A stretch of DNA of 64,000 nt from a virus: positions 4,768 to 68,767 of IMG/VR virus record IMGVR_UViG_3300028837_002527. The stretch is one strand, 5' to 3'. Positions 8,293 to 17,655 of the stretch are shown in pieces. Positions within the stretch are counted from its first letter, which is position 1. The number at the start of each line of letters is the position of its first letter. Under the pieces are notes generated by a model. It worked only from the letters and a program-made list of their open reading frames with translations. It made no database searches and had not been told where the DNA came from. The position numbers and the translations under genes are program-made.

Positions 8293-9774
8293 ATGTCTGA
8301 TAAAATGGCTGATAGCCAAACTGAACGGGACGAGGTTCAGTTAGTTAAGGAAGAAAAATTACCATCTACTATTAATATTGAAACGTATGTACCAGAAGCA
8401 GACAGAAAGGGATATCGTTTTCGTTCTACTGGTTTTACTACTGTACATCAAGTTAAACGTTTGAAACAACTTCACTATGACATGTATAAAAAGCACCCGT
8501 GGCTTCGTGCTGCTGTTGAGAAGATTGCAAAGGTTGCAGTTACTGTTGGACACGATATAAAGTATGTAGGTAAAGGTGAAGTTGATGAAAATGCTAAAAT
8601 GTTAATTGAGAATTTTTTTAAATCTCCTAATCAAACTGAGTCATTTGCAGACATTATGTGGGTAACTGTTATTCAATTAAAATTAAATGCAGAATGTTTT
8701 TGGGAAGTAGTTAAAGCTTCAGCAGGTTATCCTAAAGACTTTTACACATTAAATGGGGATATTTCCCCTAATGTTGATTTACACGGATATCCAATTAAAG
8801 GTAAACCTGCTTATGTTCAAAAAGTTATGTCAGAAGAGGCTAATTTTGATTATGATGAAGTAATATGGATAAAGTTTTCAGACCCATTTGGAAAATTGCG
8901 TCCTACATCTCAATTTGAATCACTTGAACAATCGACATTACTTGACATATATGCAATGAAACTAAATAAGTCAATATTTACTAGAGGAGTTAAAAAGGGA
9001 AAAGCATTTATTTTTCCTGGACAATTAGGTGAAGAACAAATAAAAAGGAATAGAGCGCAAATATCAATGTTACATGAAGGAATTGAAGGTGCGTATAGTG
9101 CTTTTATTGCTTTGGAAGGGGAGTGTGAAATTAAAGATTTAAAATTGGAAGAAACGAAAATGGAAGGAAAGGATTTAAGAGAATATGTAAGAGACGAGAT
9201 GCTTGGAGTTATTGGAACTCCTATATCTAAATTAGGTATTTCTCAAACGCAAGTAAAAGAGTCTCAATATATAAATAAAACCTTTTTTCAAGAAGAAATA
9301 AAACCTATTCTTGATTTGATTCAAAATAAAATTAATAGTTATTTGGATTTACTTGGTATTTACGATTATCGTTTTATATTTAAGAAGACTTCAATGAGTG
9401 ACCAAAAAGATGTTGCGCGTTTGGTAGATGTTTTATCTAAGCATGGAGCAGTTAGTTTGAATGAAATAAGGGAAATGGTTGGTTTATCTCCAAAACATAA
9501 TACAACATTTAATAAACCTTTTATTATGTTTAAGGACGGAACATTTATATTTTGTGAGGAGATGTATGATAATAGAAAGAAAATTATTGAAGAAAGACAA
9601 AAGAAAAAGAAAGAACAGCCAACGTTTAGTTTTGATATTGGACCAAGGAGGATTACAAGGAAAGGAACAGAATTTCCGTCTCTTGTGGATGATATTAATT
9701 GGGAAGAGGAAGATACAAAAGACGAAATAGTTATAAGTGAAAAGGAAGGGGAAGATGTTCACCCTTTTCCTTAA
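8293..9774 (+). CDS. portal protein
   Basis: Follows TerL; PWLRAAVEKIAK, SPN..ESF, VIGTPISKLG, SLNEIREMVGLSP portal hallmarks. Confidence 0.9.
   Translation: MSDKMADSQTERDEVQLVKEEKLPSTINIETYVPEADRKGYRFRSTGFTTVHQVKRLKQLHYDMYKKHPWLRAAVEKIAKVAVTVGHDIKYVGKGEVDENAKMLIENFFKSPNQTESFADIMWVTVIQLKLNAECFWEVVKASAGYPKDFYTLNGDISPNVDLHGYPIKGKPAYVQKVMSEEANFDYDEVIWIKFSDPFGKLRPTSQFESLEQSTLLDIYAMKLNKSIFTRGVKKGKAFIFPGQLGEEQIKRNRAQISMLHEGIEGAYSAFIALEGECEIKDLKLEETKMEGKDLREYVRDEMLGVIGTPISKLGISQTQVKESQYINKTFFQEEIKPILDLIQNKINSYLDLLGIYDYRFIFKKTSMSDQKDVARLVDVLSKHGAVSLNEIREMVGLSPKHNTTFNKPFIMFKDGTFIFCEEMYDNRKKIIEERQKKKKEQPTFSFDIGPRRITRKGTEFPSLVDDINWEEEDTKDEIVISEKEGEDVHPFP
9762..9768 (+). other. candidate -1 frameshift heptamer C CCT TTT at end of portal
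   Basis: X XXY YYZ in portal phase; -1 frame open 9741-10697; SD-like AAGGAAGGGG about 10 nt upstream. Confidence 0.55.
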
Positions 9775-10697
9775 TCGGAACAATATTAGGTTATTTTAAA
9801 ATTGCACCAGAGAATATTGCAAACTTTCTTACTGAGTATTATCATATTTTATTTTCAAATAAAACAGTTCAGACTGATACTGCATTTAAGTTTATAAGGT
9901 CAAAAAAATTAGAAGATATAGTTGAAAAAGCAACACGAAATTTAGAGAAGGATTACGATAGAATAAAAAACAAAACAATTAAAGTTTTTAATAAGGCTGT
10001 GAAAGAAAGAAAGTTAGCTAAAGGCGATGATGAAGCAACAATTGTTATTGAAAGTTCTATAACAGGAAAAGAATTAAATGTTTCTCTTATTCAAGGAAAT
10101 AAAGAATCGTATCTTTTTGGTTATAAAGAAATAGCAAAAGCACTTGGATACAAAGATGGTGATAGAGGTAAAGTAGGGATATTTAAATTTAATTATTTAT
10201 CTCCAGAAACATTTGAAGCAACAAAGAGCGCTGCTTCAAGACTGTCTAATAAAACTATAAGGGATATGATGAATGGAGTATCTCCAAAATTTGCAAAAAG
10301 AAATGTTAAAAATATAATTCGTACAGGTATTAAAGAAGGGAAACCAGCAACAGATATTGCAGCAGAATTATCTAAATTTTTTGATGATACTAAGTTTTGG
10401 AAAGTAGCAGAAATTGTAAGAACGGAGATACCAAAAGCTTATAATATAGGAAGGATAAATGCAGCAAGAACTGATGGGATAAAAAAAGCAAAGATTGAAC
10501 TTGGCGCTAAACCTTGTCAATGGTGTGTTGATAATTCTCCAGATGTACGAACGTTAAGACAAGCAGAAGAGTATATGAACGCTCACCATGTTAACAACAA
10601 TTGTACGGTGATACCGTTAATTGATTTTAGCTATTATGGCATTAAACCTCCACCTGGTTATTTACCAAGTGAGAAGGAAGGACCATTGCTAACATGA
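9771..10697 (+). CDS. head morphogenesis protein (MuF / SPP1 gp7 family); frame open from 9741 but first start codon is GTG 9999
   Basis: IVRTEIPKAYN.G, C.WC, HHVNNNCTVIP (HPNCRC equivalent); about 76 sense codons upstream of GTG 9999 with no ATG/GTG/TTG. Confidence 0.8.
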   Translation, partial: LIGTILGYFKIAPENIANFLTEYYHILFSNKTVQTDTAFKFIRSKKLEDIVEKATRNLEKDYDRIKNKTIKVFNKAVKERKLAKGDDEATIVIESSITGKELNVSLIQGNKESYLFGYKEIAKALGYKDGDRGKVGIFKFNYLSPETFEATKSAASRLSNKTIRDMMNGVSPKFAKRNVKNIIRTGIKEGKPATDIAAELSKFFDDTKFWKVAEIVRTEIPKAYNIGRINAARTDGIKKAKIELGAKPCQWCVDNSPDVRTLRQAEEYMNAHHVNNNCTVIPLIDFSYYGIKPPPGYLPSEKEGPLLT

Positions 10698-11335
10698 AAA
10701 GGGGAATGACAACAAATAGATTTATAAATCAAATTAAAGCTGATGGATTAGGTTTTAAAGTTTGTATTAAGTGTAAAGTTAAAAAATTAGTAAGTGAATT
10801 TTGGTTGTATGGTGGAGATAGATTGGGGAGAAGAGCAAAGTGTAAAAATTGTATGAAAAAGGATAGTGAAGGGTGGCTTAAAAAAGATGGTAATAAAGAA
10901 AAGCGTAAGGAGATAGCAAAAAAGTATCGTGATAGAAATCCGAAAAAAATTTATAAGAGAATTAGAAAGTGTATAATGAAGAATAGAGACCATTATAGAG
11001 CATATGGTAAAAAGTACGATGAAAAGAGAGTAAAAGAAGTACCAGATAAACTTAAAGAATGGAATACAAAAGCTACTGAAAAATATGCAAAGGAAAATTT
11101 AGAAAAAAGGATTGTTTACGGTATTGTACAAGAAGCTTTAAGAAGCGGAGAGTTAATTCGTCCTAATAGATGTTCAAGATGTAATAAGAAGTGTAAACCA
11201 CAAGGACATCACGAAGATTATTCAAAACCACTTGAAGTAGAATGGTTATGTGATTTGTGTCATAAGGATATTCATTATGAAAAAAGGCGTTTGGTAGAAA
11301 GAGAATTGAGAAAGTCCATAAAGAAATATGGATAG
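10694..11335 (+). CDS. HNH homing-endonuclease-like protein
   Basis: KVCIKC...CKNC N-terminal finger; CSRC...GHHEDYSKPLEVEWLCDLCH. Confidence 0.8.
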   Translation: MKRGMTTNRFINQIKADGLGFKVCIKCKVKKLVSEFWLYGGDRLGRRAKCKNCMKKDSEGWLKKDGNKEKRKEIAKKYRDRNPKKIYKRIRKCIMKNRDHYRAYGKKYDEKRVKEVPDKLKEWNTKATEKYAKENLEKRIVYGIVQEALRSGELIRPNRCSRCNKKCKPQGHHEDYSKPLEVEWLCDLCHKDIHYEKRRLVERELRKSIKKYG

Positions 11336-11349
11336 GAAGGAGATTTAAG

Positions 11350-12267
11350 TTGCCGTTTCCTACTCAACATTCCGCTCGTATTAGAACTCCAGGTCAGTTT
11401 AAGAGAATTAGACAAGAAAAGAAAGGGCAGAATAAATTTGGTTCAGGAATTAAGATAGTGTGGGGAGTTAAAGATGTTGATGGAAAAGAAAAAGCAATAA
11501 TTCAATCAATTAGATTTGACAAAAGTAAATTTACTGCTGGAAAAGCAAGAGCATGGTTAAAAAGTCATGGATATAAGCCAATTAAATTTGAACCTGCATT
11601 AAGTCAAGAATTGTTTGAAGAATTACTTTTGGAATTAAGCAAAAGGGACAAGTATTCAATATGGAGCCAAGTAAGAAGAATAGAAGAAATAGATGATTTA
11701 AGAGTTGAGTATATGTGGTATGAGATTTCCAATTTATATGAAAGAATTGCAGATGGTAGAGAAACAGAATATAGTGAGAAAGAAGTATTACTTATGGCAG
11801 AAATAGTTGTTAAAGAAGTTCTTGCAAGAAATAAGATTACTTTTGAGTTTGGTCAACAGGATAATGAAGGTTCACAAGAATTATATTTGGAAGTGTTAGG
11901 TATAATTGTGGATAAGAAGATAAAGTTAGAAAATCCACATGGGGATTTAGTATTACAAAGGAAGGAGAAGGCAGTATTACTTGGTGAAAATATAGAGCTA
12001 CCAGATATTTACTTAATGACTCAAAATGGAACTGCGTTGGGATATGTAAGGTTTGGTCCACTTCCAAATGAGGAAAACGACCCATCTAAAGGTGCTAAGT
12101 TTGGAACTTATAGATACAGAGTTGATACTAAAATGTTTAAGGAAACTCAAGAATTACATCATGTATCCGATGAAGAAAAAGAAGCAAGATGGCCAAATCG
12201 AGGTTTTCTTTTCTTGTATCCAATTCGCGAATTTAATTCACTTAAAAAATCAGTTAAATTAAAGTAA
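11350..12267 (+). CDS. head-module protein: N-terminal PFP..HSARI domain plus C-terminal ASCH-like domain
   Basis: TTG start with RBS GGAAGGAG; QSIRFDKSKFT...AWLKSH; L..PHG.L....K...LGYVRF...H.VS.EE...WP....LY. Confidence 0.5.
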   Translation: MPFPTQHSARIRTPGQFKRIRQEKKGQNKFGSGIKIVWGVKDVDGKEKAIIQSIRFDKSKFTAGKARAWLKSHGYKPIKFEPALSQELFEELLLELSKRDKYSIWSQVRRIEEIDDLRVEYMWYEISNLYERIADGRETEYSEKEVLLMAEIVVKEVLARNKITFEFGQQDNEGSQELYLEVLGIIVDKKIKLENPHGDLVLQRKEKAVLLGENIELPDIYLMTQNGTALGYVRFGPLPNEENDPSKGAKFGTYRYRVDTKMFKETQELHHVSDEEKEARWPNRGFLFLYPIREFNSLKKSVKLK

Positions 12268-12453
12268 ATAAAAAATTGTTTTTACATGATAAAATAAAAA
12301 AATTTTGAATGTATGAAATAAAAGGTTGTGAGACTTATTTTACATAACACCTTTTCTAAAGAAAGTTAATAGTGTGTAATGTACATATGATTAATGCTTA
12401 GAAATTTATGCATGTACTGAATGAAAGATTGAAGTATTTGTCAAATTATTCAG

Positions 12454-12482
12454 TTGACTTCATCTAAATTTTCTGATAATAT
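12454..12482 (+). promoter_or_regulatory. sigma70-type promoter with extended -10 for the capsid operon
   Basis: TTGACT-17 nt-TAATAT preceded by TG. Confidence 0.6.
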
Positions 12483-12507
12483 AATATAAGAATGGAGGTA
12501 AACTAAA

Positions 12508-12708
12508 ATGGTATTTGATTTAGATGGTAATGATGTTGTTATTAATGTTAGACAAAAAGGAGAGGAGAAATTTAAGCAAATTATTGTTTCTGATTTGATG
12601 GTTGATGAAAAGTTTGATTGTATTGTTATTAAGTTAAAGACACGTTCAGGTGAGATTAAAAAATATTTGTTAAGAAAGACTAAAAGGGACAAGTTGGTAC
12701 TTACTTAG
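12508..12708 (+). CDS. HemP/HmuP-like small protein
   Basis: C-terminal YLLRKTKRDKLVLT resembles HemP consensus YxLRxTxxxKLILTK; RBS GGAGG. Confidence 0.6.
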   Translation: MVFDLDGNDVVINVRQKGEEKFKQIIVSDLMVDEKFDCIVIKLKTRSGEIKKYLLRKTKRDKLVLT

Positions 12709-12770
12709 GCACCCGGTAGCAAGACACCCCTTGTAGTGACAGGTGACCTGATTATATTTTCAAAAGGAGG

Positions 12771-14129
12771 TTGCCTGTGGCTGTTAAAGTCAAACCCTTT
12801 TTTATCGTAAGAGACAAATTGGTTCTTAAAGTGGGTATTCATAATGGAGTGGAGTATTCCGAAGAAGAAGTTAAAAAGTTATACGATTATTATAAGGTAG
12901 TTGAAGCAAAAAAATATAAGGAACGTTCTATTGATGAGATTCATGCCTTTGACGTTCACAGGGGAGGTTCAGAGGACCACCAGGATTCATCTGGTACATG
13001 GATTGGAGATGCCGAAGGGATTTATTGGGATGATTCTGCTAATGGATTTGGGTTTCATAAAATTAATATAATTGAAGAGGATTTTGCTAATAAAATTAAG
13101 TATCAGAAACAAAGAGGTAAAGCTTCATTTGGCATATCTCCAAGGTTAAACGTTCTTCGTGTTGGAACACATGCGACGGATATAATCCCGAAAAATATTT
13201 CTGTTGTTCTTACACCTGCGGGTGGAGAGGAATTGTTGTTGAGTGAGGGTGATGAACAAGAATCTGGTGGGGAATTAGAGGATAAGGATATTCATTCGCA
13301 TTATGTACAGCCAGTTACAGAAAAGGACTTACAAGCAATTAGGTCGCAAAGTAAAGAAGGAGACGACGAAATGAGTAAAGAAGAATTGGAAGGATTGCAA
13401 GCTCGCATTGCACAGCTTGAAAAAGAAAAAGAAGAAGAAGCTGCAAAAAGACGAGAAGCAGAACTAAAAGCAAAGGAAGAAGAATTTAAGAAGAAGGAAA
13501 AGGAATTTGAAAAAAGACTTGCTAAGTTGGAAGAAGGAATAAAGAAAGATAATAGCAAAGACAATAAAAAGGGTGATGAGGATTTGAAGAAAGATGATAA
13601 GAAGAAAGAAGATGATAAAAAATTAGAAGATGAAAAGAAAAAAAAAGAAGGAAGTGATAAGTATTTTGGTCCAAGTATTAAGTCTGATATTGCTCTTAAA
13701 GATTTTAAGGTTAAACCAGATTTGAGTAGACTTGATGCAAAATCAATCAATCGTGTTACTGATGATGTTCTTGCTGCTGTTAAACCTCTTAGCAACGAAA
13801 AAGGTTTTTCTCTTGAAGAAGCACAGAAAAGTATTGAAGAAATTTTTGTTATTTTAAGCTCAATTCCAGTGGATAAGAAGGAAGAAGAAGAATTAACAAA
13901 AAGAGTTGAAGAGGCATTGTCAAAGTCCATTACAAAGTTTAATCCATCTAAATCCGAAGAGACTAAGCAAACTACTCGCAAGGGACTTATTGTTGATGGT
14001 TCAACAGTGGTGAGGGAAGATAAAGCCCTTTCCAAGCAGCCAGATGACAAGCAAAAATTGGCAACCAAAGACGATATTCTCGGAAGTATTAGAGGTAGTT
14101 TGATGGGTGCACTCGGGTTGAAGGATTAA
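12771..14129 (+). CDS. prohead protease / scaffolding protein
   Basis: TTG start with AAGGAGG; N-terminal G..NG..Y..EE, H, GISP, ISVVLTPA protease-like domain; C-terminal charged coiled coil; precedes MCP. Confidence 0.75.
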   Translation: MPVAVKVKPFFIVRDKLVLKVGIHNGVEYSEEEVKKLYDYYKVVEAKKYKERSIDEIHAFDVHRGGSEDHQDSSGTWIGDAEGIYWDDSANGFGFHKINIIEEDFANKIKYQKQRGKASFGISPRLNVLRVGTHATDIIPKNISVVLTPAGGEELLLSEGDEQESGGELEDKDIHSHYVQPVTEKDLQAIRSQSKEGDDEMSKEELEGLQARIAQLEKEKEEEAAKRREAELKAKEEEFKKKEKEFEKRLAKLEEGIKKDNSKDNKKGDEDLKKDDKKKEDDKKLEDEKKKKEGSDKYFGPSIKSDIALKDFKVKPDLSRLDAKSINRVTDDVLAAVKPLSNEKGFSLEEAQKSIEEIFVILSSIPVDKKEEEELTKRVEEALSKSITKFNPSKSEETKQTTRKGLIVDGSTVVREDKALSKQPDDKQKLATKDDILGSIRGSLMGALGLKD

Positions 14130-14191
14130 CTAATTAAACAAGTAAAGTTACAAATGCAGTAATAGAGAAAATAAAAAGGAGGAAAGTAAAA

Positions 14192-15523
14192 ATGGCTCAA
14201 GATATTTGGGACTTAATTCAAGAAAGAGCAGTTTATAAAGGAACAAGAGAGGAACTTGCTCTTGCTCTGAGTACTACTGAAGGAAGCGCATTATCTCCAG
14301 AGTCTTTAGAACCAAAGATTGTGGAACTTGTTCGTTTCCTTTCACCACTTGTAGCTGGGCTTAAAATTGTTCAATCAAATGGCAAAACTCACGAATTTAA
14401 TGATAGGACTGCAATTCCATCAGCTAACTTTGAAGGTGAAAAAGCTGTTACGACTGATTCACAATCAACTTACAATAGACGTACAGCACCACTTAAGATT
14501 ATTCGCGCAAAGGGCGGAGTAACTGGTTTTCAACAAGCATCTTCAAAATCATTTGTTAATTCTTACGCAAATGAAGTTCTTGGCGCTGCACAAGCAATGG
14601 CGTATGCTATGGAATTTGGAGTAATGTGGGGCAATTTAGCTGCAGACCAATATCAGTATGATGGACTTGATACTAAAATTATTACTAATAGAGTTGATGT
14701 AGCAGGTGTTGTTAAATTAAGTGATTTGGATGATATGTTAGACCCAATTATTGGAAAGGGTCCCATTAATAGAGGAGATATGGCATTTTTTATGAGTCCA
14801 ATGATGCATTCCAAAATTAATACACTACAATCAGAAGTTCGTAAATCAATTACGAAAGTAATGTATGCTGGTGGAATTGAAATGACTTCATATCGGGATA
14901 TTCCGATTGTGGATACATCTTTCTGTCGTCCAACTTCAAAAATGGGTGTTATTGCTGTTGCTAATAGTGCAACAGCAGGCAATCTTGTTGGAGGTCAAAC
15001 TTATAGATGGAGAGTTGCAGCAGTTACTAAATATGGTGAACAATGGGCAAGTACTGCAGTTACTCATACATTAGGTGGAGGTAATACTTCGGTGGATATT
15101 ACCTTTACAGCTGTTGCAGGAGCAGAACTTTACAAAGTGTATCGTACTCTTCAAGCTGGTGCTGCAAGTTCAGAAGTATTTTCAAAAAGAAATGCTGCTA
15201 AAACCTATGATGGCGCTGGTACTATTGGTGCTGCTGTTGTTAGTATAAATGATGGAACTTTGGATGCTTCTCTTGGTACAGATAAACCTTTGGACCAAGA
15301 TGATAAAGATGAAGTAATTTTCTTGTTGAATATGAACCAAGATATTTCGCTTGAAATTGCATCTCTGCTTAATGAGCAAGGTGAGAAAGTTAAGAATCTT
15401 ATTCAAATGCTTCCTCTTGCAAGAACTATTGACCAAGAACAATTCTTACTACTTTCTTATCAAGCTCTTGTTTATAAGGGTGATATTTTCAATGCGCTTT
15501 CAAGACGACTTCGTATTTCTTAA
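14192..15523 (+). CDS. major capsid protein (HK97 fold, SU10-like) with inserted Ig/FN3-like domain
   Basis: LSPESLE..IV, HEFN, FEGE, WGN....QYDGLD; insertion TYRWRVAAVTKYGEQ...YKVYRT. Confidence 0.85.
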   Translation: MAQDIWDLIQERAVYKGTREELALALSTTEGSALSPESLEPKIVELVRFLSPLVAGLKIVQSNGKTHEFNDRTAIPSANFEGEKAVTTDSQSTYNRRTAPLKIIRAKGGVTGFQQASSKSFVNSYANEVLGAAQAMAYAMEFGVMWGNLAADQYQYDGLDTKIITNRVDVAGVVKLSDLDDMLDPIIGKGPINRGDMAFFMSPMMHSKINTLQSEVRKSITKVMYAGGIEMTSYRDIPIVDTSFCRPTSKMGVIAVANSATAGNLVGGQTYRWRVAAVTKYGEQWASTAVTHTLGGGNTSVDITFTAVAGAELYKVYRTLQAGAASSEVFSKRNAAKTYDGAGTIGAAVVSINDGTLDASLGTDKPLDQDDKDEVIFLLNMNQDISLEIASLLNEQGEKVKNLIQMLPLARTIDQEQFLLLSYQALVYKGDIFNALSRRLRIS

Positions 15524-15543
15524 AAACTGAAAGGGGAGAAGCT

Positions 15544-16083
15544 ATGGCTTGGTTCGTTTGTGAAAATACAAGGGAAGGGTCGGTTTTTAATTATGTTATT
15601 AAGAACTATCTTGTAGAAGTTACAGACCTATCTCATGTGGAAGAGCTGCGAAAAGAGTCTTGCTTCAAGGAGATTTCTGAAGAGGAGGCAATCGGTAGTA
15701 AGGTTGCCTCCTTGAAATCTCCTATAGAAGCTACAGACTTAAATAAGATTAAGGAAGAAGCAATAAAAAAAGCGAGAGAAGAAGCACAAGCAGAATTAAA
15801 AAAAGAAAAAGAAGAAATGAAAAAAGGAATTAGAGAAACGATGGAAAAAGTGAATCAAAATGCAACAAAGGAATTAGAAGATTTAAAGAAAAAAGTTAGA
15901 GAAGAAGCAAGAAAAGAAGTAGCGACAGAATTAGAAGTGGAAAAAGAAAAGATTGTGAAAAAGATTAGAAAACAAATTGAAGAGGAAGAAGAAAAAAGTC
16001 TTAAAATACCTAAAGTGAGAAAGAAAGTTGCAAAGAAAAATATTGTAAAAAAAACTATTAAAAAGAAAAAAGTGAAAGAATGA
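15544..16083 (+). CDS. hypothetical virion-region protein, coiled coil with basic C-terminus
   Basis: Between MCP and adaptor; RBS AAGGGGAG. Confidence 0.6.
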   Translation: MAWFVCENTREGSVFNYVIKNYLVEVTDLSHVEELRKESCFKEISEEEAIGSKVASLKSPIEATDLNKIKEEAIKKAREEAQAELKKEKEEMKKGIRETMEKVNQNATKELEDLKKKVREEARKEVATELEVEKEKIVKKIRKQIEEEEEKSLKIPKVRKKVAKKNIVKKTIKKKKVKE

Positions 16084-16088
16084 CATAA

Positions 16089-16736
16089 ATGAATGTTTGG
16101 ATTACACAACAAGATGTTATTGATGAATTAAAGGACCTTGGTATTGACACTGAAGAGTGGAAACAAGGTTCTTATTCAAAATTAAATAAAGTAATATTAA
16201 GAGCACAAAGAGATTTTGAAAGATTAACACGAAGAAAATTTGAGAAAGTTACTATAACGGAAAAAATAAGCGGAAGTGGAAAGCCTACCATTGTACTTAG
16301 GTATTTTCCAATTGTATCAATTACTAGTATTATTGTAACAGATGTTCCAAGTTATCAACAAGATGTGACAGTAACTGAATATAGAGTTGATGAAGAAACA
16401 GGTGTTATTCATTTAGTTTCTACATTGCCTGTTTCTATGGCATATTTTCCAGAAGGACATTTAAATATAGAAGTAATTTATATGTATGGATATGAGTTAG
16501 CGGATATTCCAGATGACATAAAGGATTGTATTTTAAAAATGGTTTTAATACGCATAATTATGAGAAGCCCGGCAGAATGGGAAAGTGAAGGATTAAAGAG
16601 TATAAAAATATCTCAATACGCAGAAGCGTATAATGTAAATAAAACTTCAGGAGGGTTATTTAGTACACAAAGAGAGCAGTGGCAAAACGATATAAATGAT
16701 ATAATTATGAGATTTAAAAGAACTCTTATTGCTTAA
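16089..16736 (+). CDS. head-tail adaptor (gp6/gp15-like)
   Basis: FERLTRRKF, LRYFPIVSITSI, NIEVIYMYGY...IPDDIKDC, SIKISQYAEAY. Confidence 0.8.
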   Translation: MNVWITQQDVIDELKDLGIDTEEWKQGSYSKLNKVILRAQRDFERLTRRKFEKVTITEKISGSGKPTIVLRYFPIVSITSIIVTDVPSYQQDVTVTEYRVDEETGVIHLVSTLPVSMAYFPEGHLNIEVIYMYGYELADIPDDIKDCILKMVLIRIIMRSPAEWESEGLKSIKISQYAEAYNVNKTSGGLFSTQREQWQNDINDIIMRFKRTLIA

Positions 16737-16763
16737 TTATTTATTTGTTTATGGAGGTGAGAT

Positions 16764-17147
16764 GTGAAAGCGCGAGAGATTCCCTTGAGATTATTGCCTT
16801 TGAGAGCTGCTGTATCGCGTTATAATGAGGTTACGGAAGAATATGATAATGTCTATATAGATGTTCCATGCAGATTAGGAATTAAGTCTCCGTCCACTCA
16901 TGGTGGAATGGAACAAGACAAAGTATCTTCTACTGTTGAAACACCGTTACTAATTACTCGCTATTATGAAATAAAGGATACTCCTTATAATTTTAGAATG
17001 GAAGATAGATTTACTATTGGAAATGAAGTATATCGTTGTTTAAATGCGGATAATGCAGAAAGTGCAGACCATCACTTTGAAATAAACGTTCAGCATGTTA
17101 AAACAATGAATACTTCTCCGTTAAGCGGTGAAACATCAGAAATATAA
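16764..17147 (+). CDS. head closure / head-tail joining protein
   Basis: Synteny; DVPCRL, DRFTIG..YR, HHFEI. Confidence 0.65.
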   Translation: MKAREIPLRLLPLRAAVSRYNEVTEEYDNVYIDVPCRLGIKSPSTHGGMEQDKVSSTVETPLLITRYYEIKDTPYNFRMEDRFTIGNEVYRCLNADNAESADHHFEINVQHVKTMNTSPLSGETSEI

Positions 17148-17150
17148 ATC

Positions 17151-17654
17151 ATGGCAGAAGTATACATCACTATCAATAAAATGCAATTAGCAAAAATTAG
17201 AAGAAAGTTTGGAAACTTAAAAAGATTGGAATGGCTAAAAAGACCAATAAAAGATTCAGCTTGGTACATGATTAATTCAGTTCATATGAATTTTACAAGA
17301 GAAGGACGTCCCAAAAAATGGGCTCCATGGGGATTTGCATATAGAAAATTAGTTCGTGAAAGAATAAATTATCCATTAATAATATTACAATTGGCAGGTA
17401 GATTAGGAAATAGAGTTTTTGCATTACAACTTAAACGTTCAATATCTCGTGGAAAAGGATTAAAGATAAAAAGAAATGGTTTTTTTCTTGGAACAAATGT
17501 AAGTTATGCAAGTATATTACAGAAGGGCGGATATGTTGGTCCAGGGAGAAGGTTTAGAATTCCTGCAAGACCGTTTCTTATGTTTCAAAGGCAAGACATT
17601 ACAATAATACGAAAAATGTTTCAGAAACATGTTAACAAAGTATTAAGGAGTTAA
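17151..17654 (+). CDS. virion morphogenesis / tail completion protein (Mu gpG-like)
   Basis: NF..EGRP..WAP, GTNV.YA..LQ.GG, IPARPFL. Confidence 0.85.
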   Translation: MAEVYITINKMQLAKIRRKFGNLKRLEWLKRPIKDSAWYMINSVHMNFTREGRPKKWAPWGFAYRKLVRERINYPLIILQLAGRLGNRVFALQLKRSISRGKGLKIKRNGFFLGTNVSYASILQKGGYVGPGRRFRIPARPFLMFQRQDITIIRKMFQKHVNKVLRS

Positions 17655-17655
17655 A

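Noticed and set aside
13301-14068. 255-aa minus-strand ORF (also 25086..25709 and 5047..5374)
   Set aside because: Phe/Ser/Leu-rich antisense shadows of Lys/Glu-rich + strand genes.
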